Positions 34,201-38,784 of a stretch of DNA of 38,784 nucleotides are shown here, piece by piece. The notes below the pieces were generated by a model. That model worked only from the letters and a program-made list of their open reading frames with translations, had not been told where the DNA came from and ran no database searches. Position 1 is the first letter of the stretch. Every line of letters begins with the position of its first letter. The stretch lies in the IMG/VR virus record IMGVR_UViG_3300025288_001004, positions 1 through 38,784 of that record; one strand, given 5' to 3'. Position numbers and translations under genes: made by a program. The DNA is from a virus. Its lineage: Duplodnaviria > Caudoviricetes.

Positions 34201-34486
34201 GGCCTTCAAGGACGCACCTAAGTTCCTGCGACTGGCTTATGCCGTAACCGTGCATAAGAGCCAGGGACAAGAGTATGATATCATCCTGATGCCCATGGTG
34301 AAGAGTTTCTACCACCAGCTTCAGCGCAACCTGTTCTACACAGCGATCACCCGTGCCAAAAAGCGAGTCTTCTTGGTGGGTCAGCATGAGGCCTTGACCC
34401 GTGCGGTGTACAACAGCCAAGAAGATGTAAGGAACACATTACTTCCTGACCGATTGGCTATTTCTTTTGCTAAGGACAAGAAGTAA
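31253..34486 (+). CDS. recD2: RecD2-like SF1B helicase with an intein in Walker A
   Basis: N-terminal OB/HhH region (NPW.L....GI.F..AD), GLPGTGK|TT, CAPTGIAAKR, VDEVSM, VGDPAQLPSVGPG, IFRQ, FNGDVG, AYAVTVHKSQGQE, YTAITRAK. Confidence 0.93.
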   Translation: MYFSGRVHTLVYSNPEKGYYVLKMVLDNPDVSKVSPNFPITVVGNVTGLHVKIGTWFGFEAAWVVDPKFGKQLRIQKAPVVQTVWDTKIAVSMLSSHGVGEQVCQKLARYFGEDLVSVLDDYDAKALGEVPDMPEATAVHILATWRTVRSFFLTLDFLSDAGIPKAKITQVWALFGDETKEVLSQNPWALVKVEGIRFEQADEVAKRLGLSMDNPLRIRGAVLYACKNRRGLGHLYLSSGDMVEAVQEFAGGASDLDIAKALKKLHQDGAVILDRTTRPGVLAIYEPWYYHLEQNCSDLLYARISSADPKRVAPTMNLGPVTQAQLSEALQAAIVKPYAESLAAVGPKAEAAWKNDPEDLEAIALGGLEGWAEGGKVVLSPTQITGAMHALTAPVSILTGLPGTGKCVADWTLVSGPWGVRPIGEFLPKGSAPDTAYPLVMPLDTLLGVRDTSHVYDGGVKPTLRLTTQYGYVLEGTEVHPVHVANEDGGVVWKTLGDIQLGDKLEMVVGQMLQEDVQPRNGLTVGEALLLGKFGYRGEAVPRKVLEGGPRVIATFLSNLPSLEVDGSRYVYPPNFRYGYQIQTLLLMLGVLSHLEVHCEGVWGGGDSIVIHIPNEELPAWEDLIQLALTGVHPVPKDSLSSIFVPVVSIEHGQSPVVDFTVPGDHEFLSAGFISHNTTTLCAVVDVLKDAGVPFLLCAPTGIAAKRMSSLTRAPAATVHRAFKAQGWDNGEERESSYVGIVGASSNVESSDSSEEEWGYGPSNPHPAKVILVDEVSMLDAHLLYRVLSCTDPHARLVFVGDPAQLPSVGPGNVLRDMIQSEKFPTVNLTEIFRQEETSGIVLAAHATFRGEVPTYGRTKDSDFVLLESSDEERILEIVVQLATKLYTLRENFQVLSPKHAGVLGVTNLNQRLRTILNPGAPGLQEIRLGSEVLREDDRVMVVKNNYDKNIFNGDVGKVVRIDRKAQLVEVKLHGPPVVHVQLAFKDAPKFLRLAYAVTVHKSQGQEYDIILMPMVKSFYHQLQRNLFYTAITRAKKRVFLVGQHEALTRAVYNSQEDVRNTLLPDRLAISFAKDKK
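32471..33283 (+). mobile_element. Intein in RecD2 (271 aa), endonuclease apparently degenerate
   Basis: Starts CVADWT after GK, GTEVHP block B, VVDFTV block F, ends FISHN|T; no intact LAGLIDADG motifs. Confidence 0.9.
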
Positions 34487-34524
34487 TGCCCCTGTTCGGG
34501 TATTCGGGGTGTCATGGTTAACCC

Positions 34525-34935
34525 ATGACACCCCCTCCCCAAAAGGTGGACAATATGACACATGATGAGATGCGAGCTCATATTGCTCGTGTGAATGGCA
34601 AGATGCGAGTAACCAAGGTTGTTGCCACAAGGGCAGTGAAGACCCCTAAGGGTGAGTTTTTTGCTGGGTTCTCCGCAGCTTGGGATAGTATTCAAGAAAG
34701 TGGCCCTGGAGCAGACCTCAACCTGACGATGGAAGATCAGGAAGCGTCTTCGCAGGGTGGTATGACAATTAAGGAAGCCACGACGGCACATAGCCTTTTG
34801 GCTATGCAGGCTGATCTAGCTGCATACCGCACAGCCTATGCCAATGGTGCCTTAACCAAAGAGCAATTTGATTCTGTGGCAGAAGATCTCAAGAAGAGTT
34901 ATTCCCGCATTATCCGGAGCAGCCTCCTCAGCTAG
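34525..34935 (+). CDS. Hypothetical protein, up to 136 aa
   Basis: ORF in the replication operon; may start at the second Met. Confidence 0.75.
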   Translation: MTPPPQKVDNMTHDEMRAHIARVNGKMRVTKVVATRAVKTPKGEFFAGFSAAWDSIQESGPGADLNLTMEDQEASSQGGMTIKEATTAHSLLAMQADLAAYRTAYANGALTKEQFDSVAEDLKKSYSRIIRSSLLS

Positions 34936-34969
34936 AGGTAGGGTGTGCTCTCTAACAGGAGGATTTGCT

Positions 34970-36010
34970 TTGACAATTAAAGGCTTGCCTGTGGTTAATG
35001 AGGCCACTATTACAGGTGTTTTCACTTCATTGGAGTCCATGGAAGTGGACTTGGATACCGACCCTTTGGCATATGGTCCAAAGAGGATGGCAGCAAAGGT
35101 TGCACAGGCACGAGGGATGCTCACCAAGTGTGAGCGGATTTTCCTTCAGGTATCCCAGGATCTTTCGCTGTACAAGCGAATGTTCCGTACCAGCCAATTG
35201 GACTTCGACCTGCAAAAGCAGGATCTATTTGCCAACGATCCTGAAGTCCGTTCTGGGCGCAACGTAGCAGACCGTGAAGCAATGGCAACAATGAAGCTTC
35301 GGGATGCTCGAGAAGATCTGATCCAGATGGAGGTTTCCATCCAGGACCTCGAAATGGTGATGACCGTTATCAAAGCAAAGCGAGCCGACTTGAGGGATAT
35401 CCAGAGCAGGTTGCGTGAACAACGCTCACTCTGTGAGAGTGAGGTGTCCATTGGTGCCAAGTGGGGGTCTAAGGCTCCTCCCGGTGTCCAGACCCCCCCT
35501 AGGCTGGATGCTGCACCGCACATCTCCCGCAATGCTTTGCAGCAGGTTCAGGCAGTACTGGCTGATTCCAGTGAGGTAGCAATCTCACCAGAGGATGCTT
35601 CATGGATGGAAGAGGATGAGGAGACCAGCCCTGAGATCCTAGCTATCATGGCGGAAGTCGAGGCGGCTTCCGCAGGCAACTTGGATTGGGAAGTCTCCAA
35701 TCCTACTTCTGATCCCGAGTCCAAAGAGCAAGAGGCACCTGAGGACTTGGATGCAGTCCTCGATGCCCTAGGTTCAGGTGAAGAGACTCAAGAAGAAGTC
35801 AACCCTCCTACTGAGGAGACCTTGGGTGACTTTTTGAGTTCCACTTTTGGAGGAGGGACTCCAGAAGAGCCACTGTCCATCCCCGAAGTGAAGTCTGATG
35901 ATGCAGTGGATCAGATTTTTTCAGCGTTCCAACCAGAGGAAGCTGCCAATCCTTCTCCAAGCCTTGATGAAGTGGATATGGATTCCCTAATCGACATGTT
36001 TTCTATGTGA
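34970..36010 (+). CDS. Coiled-coil protein with long acidic tail (possible UvsY-like recombination mediator)
   Basis: AGGAGG 7 nt before TTG; helical N-terminal half, D/E-rich C-terminal half ending DSLIDMFSM; next to SSB-like and recA genes; the function is inferred from context. Confidence 0.65.
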   Translation: MTIKGLPVVNEATITGVFTSLESMEVDLDTDPLAYGPKRMAAKVAQARGMLTKCERIFLQVSQDLSLYKRMFRTSQLDFDLQKQDLFANDPEVRSGRNVADREAMATMKLRDAREDLIQMEVSIQDLEMVMTVIKAKRADLRDIQSRLREQRSLCESEVSIGAKWGSKAPPGVQTPPRLDAAPHISRNALQQVQAVLADSSEVAISPEDASWMEEDEETSPEILAIMAEVEAASAGNLDWEVSNPTSDPESKEQEAPEDLDAVLDALGSGEETQEEVNPPTEETLGDFLSSTFGGGTPEEPLSIPEVKSDDAVDQIFSAFQPEEAANPSPSLDEVDMDSLIDMFSM

Positions 36011-36102
36011 GAGTGGTTTTTTCTAAACCGTAACCGGGTAACAATACGGGCGACACCCGTTCCTATTACCTCTGACCTAGTGTCGCAGAACAGGAGAAGA
36101 AG

Positions 36103-36816
36103 ATGGCTGACAATGCGTTCATGGATTTCACGTTTGATGGTGGTGATGAAGTCATTACCCAAAAGTCCAAGAAGTTCAAGGGCAAGGAAGGAGAAACCTA
36201 CCGTGTTTCCTTTCCCTGGCTTGGTAAGGATAAGGAGGGTGCGGATATTGTCCGTTTCTCTGGATGCCTCCGACTCTACCTTGCGGGTGTTGGGTACTTC
36301 CTGAACAAAGGGCCTGAGTATGCCAAGATCGCAGGCGCGCCTGCTAAGCAGGCCGTAGCAACGGTCATTGTTGTGTGGCCGACCGACCGAAATGGTCGCT
36401 TGGACAAGGAAGCCTTTGCTCGTGGGGAGTATCAGGCCATGCCGTGGGTCTTCAGCGCAGATAAGTACGACGTGCTGAAGCGTCGCAATGACCAGTTCCC
36501 TCTGAGTGAGTACGACCTCACCATCACCTGTACGGACACCACCTACCAGAAGATGGATATCTCTCCGTGTAAGGAGAGCCTATTCCGTACCTTGGCAAAT
36601 GGCAATGAGCGGAGCAAGGCTGTTGCTCAGCAGATCACCGAGCAGGTGGCTTTGGTGGCTGACAATCTCAAGACAGATCTTGCACGAGATCTGACGATTG
36701 ATCAGATTCGTGAGAAGCTTAGTGGTGCTCCTGGCGGCGGACCCCGTCCCGCAGGCCCTGTGGGAGCTTCTTCAGAAAATGTCGCAGAGCTGCTCTCTGG
36801 TTTGCTGGACGACTAG
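36103..36816 (+). CDS. Probable phage single-stranded DNA-binding protein (gp32-like)
   Basis: KFK.KEGE..RV start, YDLTIT...YQKMDISPC, Gly/Pro linker and acidic-hydrophobic tail ELLSGLLDD; replication context. Confidence 0.6.
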   Translation: MADNAFMDFTFDGGDEVITQKSKKFKGKEGETYRVSFPWLGKDKEGADIVRFSGCLRLYLAGVGYFLNKGPEYAKIAGAPAKQAVATVIVVWPTDRNGRLDKEAFARGEYQAMPWVFSADKYDVLKRRNDQFPLSEYDLTITCTDTTYQKMDISPCKESLFRTLANGNERSKAVAQQITEQVALVADNLKTDLARDLTIDQIREKLSGAPGGGPRPAGPVGASSENVAELLSGLLDD

Positions 36817-36843
36817 GTTTTCATTGGGGGGGATGGTGCAAAT

Positions 36844-37485
36844 ATGCGAGTACTTGGGCTCGACCCCTCTTTGACAAACTTTGGTTGGGGGATGCATGAC
36901 ACCGAAGCAATCGGGCGTGATCGTTGCCCCCAACGAGGTCGCTTCCAGACATCCAGTAAGACGCTCTTCGTTGACCGCTATGTTGAACAACGGGAGGCTC
37001 TTAGAGCCCTTGTACAGGAATTAAGACCTGACAAGGTCTCTCTGGAATTCCCGGTGTTCAACAATTTGTGGTCAGAGGGCATGTATGGTCTGTTCCTCTA
37101 CACCTGTGAAGCTCTTAAGTTAGAGAAACAGGATGTGGTGTTCTGGTCTCCGGGCCAGATCAAAGGCCATGCTTTCGATTCCTTGGGTCGCCCTAAGGGT
37201 TGGAAGATGATGAAGGCTGATATGGTGGATGCCGCAAAGGCAGACACTGGTGGTGGTACATGGAACCACAACGAAGCAGACGCCTATCTGGCTGCCCGCC
37301 TTGGTGCCCGTTTTTGGCTTCTCCAGGCAGGCTCTCTCAAAGAGAGAGACCTGACCGCTAGAGAGCGGAAGATGTTCTTGGATATTCATCGGTATGTTCG
37401 AGGGGCAAAGGCGGGGAAAGTTCAATTAAAGGGTGTTTTGTACCGCGAAGATGAACGATTTTTCAATTGGTCCAAAGAGACCTAG
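36844..37485 (+). CDS. ruvC: RuvC-like Holliday junction resolvase
   Basis: MRVLGLDPSLTNFGW, VSLEFP, SPGQIK, HNEADA catalytic motifs. Confidence 0.85.
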   Translation: MRVLGLDPSLTNFGWGMHDTEAIGRDRCPQRGRFQTSSKTLFVDRYVEQREALRALVQELRPDKVSLEFPVFNNLWSEGMYGLFLYTCEALKLEKQDVVFWSPGQIKGHAFDSLGRPKGWKMMKADMVDAAKADTGGGTWNHNEADAYLAARLGARFWLLQAGSLKERDLTARERKMFLDIHRYVRGAKAGKVQLKGVLYREDERFFNWSKET

Positions 37486-37494
37486 GAGCCCCAG

Positions 37495-38745
37495 ATGGCA
37501 CGAGTTAAAGGCACAACGAGCACGGCACAGGCACAGCCAAAGCCAAAGAATGGCACCTTGGCGCTGGCTCGTGCTGCAGCAGTCACACTTCTCAAGAAGC
37601 CAGAAGCAGAGTGGCGAGTAGAGTTGAATCCAGATCTGCTGAAGGAGCCACTCCCCCACCTACCTACCGGGTCCCTTATCATTGACTACCTCATTGGTGG
37701 TGATGCAAATTCCTTTGGCGTTCGCCCTTGTCCAGGGCTCCCAAGAGGTCGTGTGTCCCAGCTATGGGGCCATGAAAGTGCAGGAAAAACCACACTAGCT
37801 CTGACGGCCGCGGCGGTGACCTGTGCTCAGGGTGGTACGGTTCTCTACATTGACTGGGAGAATGACATTGTCCCAGACTATGCTGCAGCCTTAGGGGTTC
37901 CTATTTCGGACCCCACCAAGTTTGAATTGGTACAGCCAAACACGCTTGAGGATGGAATCAAGCTCGCCATGATCTATGCCTCCGCCGGAGTAGACCTGAT
38001 TGTGTTTGACTCTGTCGGTGCGGCTGTGCCTGCACGCATTGCCAACCGTGAGATGTCAGATGCAGGTGAGCAGGCAAAGGTCGGAGACCTGCAGGCGGTC
38101 TGGTCCATGGAGCTGCCAAACCTGAAGAGCATCATTGCCCGCAAGGGTACGGCTGTTCTGGGGATTAGTCAGATTCGAGCTAAGATCTCCACCATGCCAA
38201 GCAATGGTCCAACCACCCAGCCTCAGGGAGGTAACGCGTGGAAGTTCTACTCCTCGGTTCGTTTGGAGCTTCGTCGCGTCAAGAATGAGAAGTCCAACCT
38301 GTATAACGCCCTTACGCACAAGAAGGACGAGCGGGTTACCGGTGGCATCATTCGCGCCAAGGTGATCAAGTGCAAGCTCTCGTCTTCACAGGGACGAGAG
38401 GAGGCCTTCTACATTCGATGGGGTACAGGAATTGATGATATGCGTTCAGTAATGGAGATCGCCAGCGCCCACAACATCATCAAGAAGAAGGGTGCTTGGA
38501 TGGAGTGGAATAGCCCCAGTGGCTTGATCAACAAGCAAGGTGTCAACCAGTTCCGCGAGCATCTGGAAGCGAACCCCGACGACTTCCAGGCCCTCTACCA
38601 TCAGGTCCTACCGTTCCTGGGCCAAGGCACCTTCACAGAAGATGACCTTGAGGACATTGATGATGTGGGTACTCTCCTTGCCGAGATGGAGGACACTCTT
38701 CTTGGTGACGCCCCTAGGGTTGAAGTAGACGAAGATTCGGAGTAG
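37495..38745 (+). CDS. recA: RecA/UvsX-like recombinase
   Basis: PTGS..ID, GLPRGR, GHESAGKTT, YIDWE, IVFDSV, ISQIR, GGNAWKFYSSVRL. Confidence 0.95.
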   Translation: MARVKGTTSTAQAQPKPKNGTLALARAAAVTLLKKPEAEWRVELNPDLLKEPLPHLPTGSLIIDYLIGGDANSFGVRPCPGLPRGRVSQLWGHESAGKTTLALTAAAVTCAQGGTVLYIDWENDIVPDYAAALGVPISDPTKFELVQPNTLEDGIKLAMIYASAGVDLIVFDSVGAAVPARIANREMSDAGEQAKVGDLQAVWSMELPNLKSIIARKGTAVLGISQIRAKISTMPSNGPTTQPQGGNAWKFYSSVRLELRRVKNEKSNLYNALTHKKDERVTGGIIRAKVIKCKLSSSQGREEAFYIRWGTGIDDMRSVMEIASAHNIIKKKGAWMEWNSPSGLINKQGVNQFREHLEANPDDFQALYHQVLPFLGQGTFTEDDLEDIDDVGTLLAEMEDTLLGDAPRVEVDEDSE

Positions 38746-38784
38746 ATGATGGCCATCCAAGTTCGAGTGCGTAATTTTCAAAGT
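38746..38784 (+). CDS. N-terminus of an SbcC/Rad50/SMC-like ATPase (truncated by window end)
   Basis: MMAIQVRVRNFQS matches the 'i.i.NFqS' start of SMC/SbcC ATPases; directly follows the recA stop. Confidence 0.55.
   Translation, partial: MMAIQVRVRNFQS

Overview
This window looks like part of a large (jumbo-type) bacteriophage genome, or possibly a phage-like megaplasmid; no capsid or terminase gene is present to settle which. The genetic code is standard. The GroEL sequence suggests a Myxococcota/deltaproteobacterial host (inference). Left to right it contains: (1) the 5' part of a minus-strand tRNA array (11 tRNAs, all with encoded CCA), preceded by a sigma70-like promoter, an unannotated 37-codon leader peptide and mutually exclusive antiterminator/terminator hairpins, which together look like a ribosome-stalling attenuator; (2) a solo groEL; (3) a minus-strand operon with a CobT-like vWA protein, a MoxR/CobS-like AAA+ ATPase, an XRE regulator and several micro-ORFs, one resembling a PolA active-site fragment; (4) an NrtR-regulated NAD+ salvage cluster (pncB, nadE, NADAR, pncA, nrtR); (5) plus-strand genes sharing [K/R]-x-A motifs (a C39-like peptidase, a modular polyprotein-like ORF, an ECF-sigma-like protein); (6) a ~600-bp structured non-coding region at the strand switch; and (7) a plus-strand replication/recombination block (holB-like, holA-like, class II RNR with two inteins, RecD2 with one intein, SSB-like, RuvC-like, RecA, start of an SbcC/SMC-like gene). 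All calls come from manual motif reading; no database searches were run.
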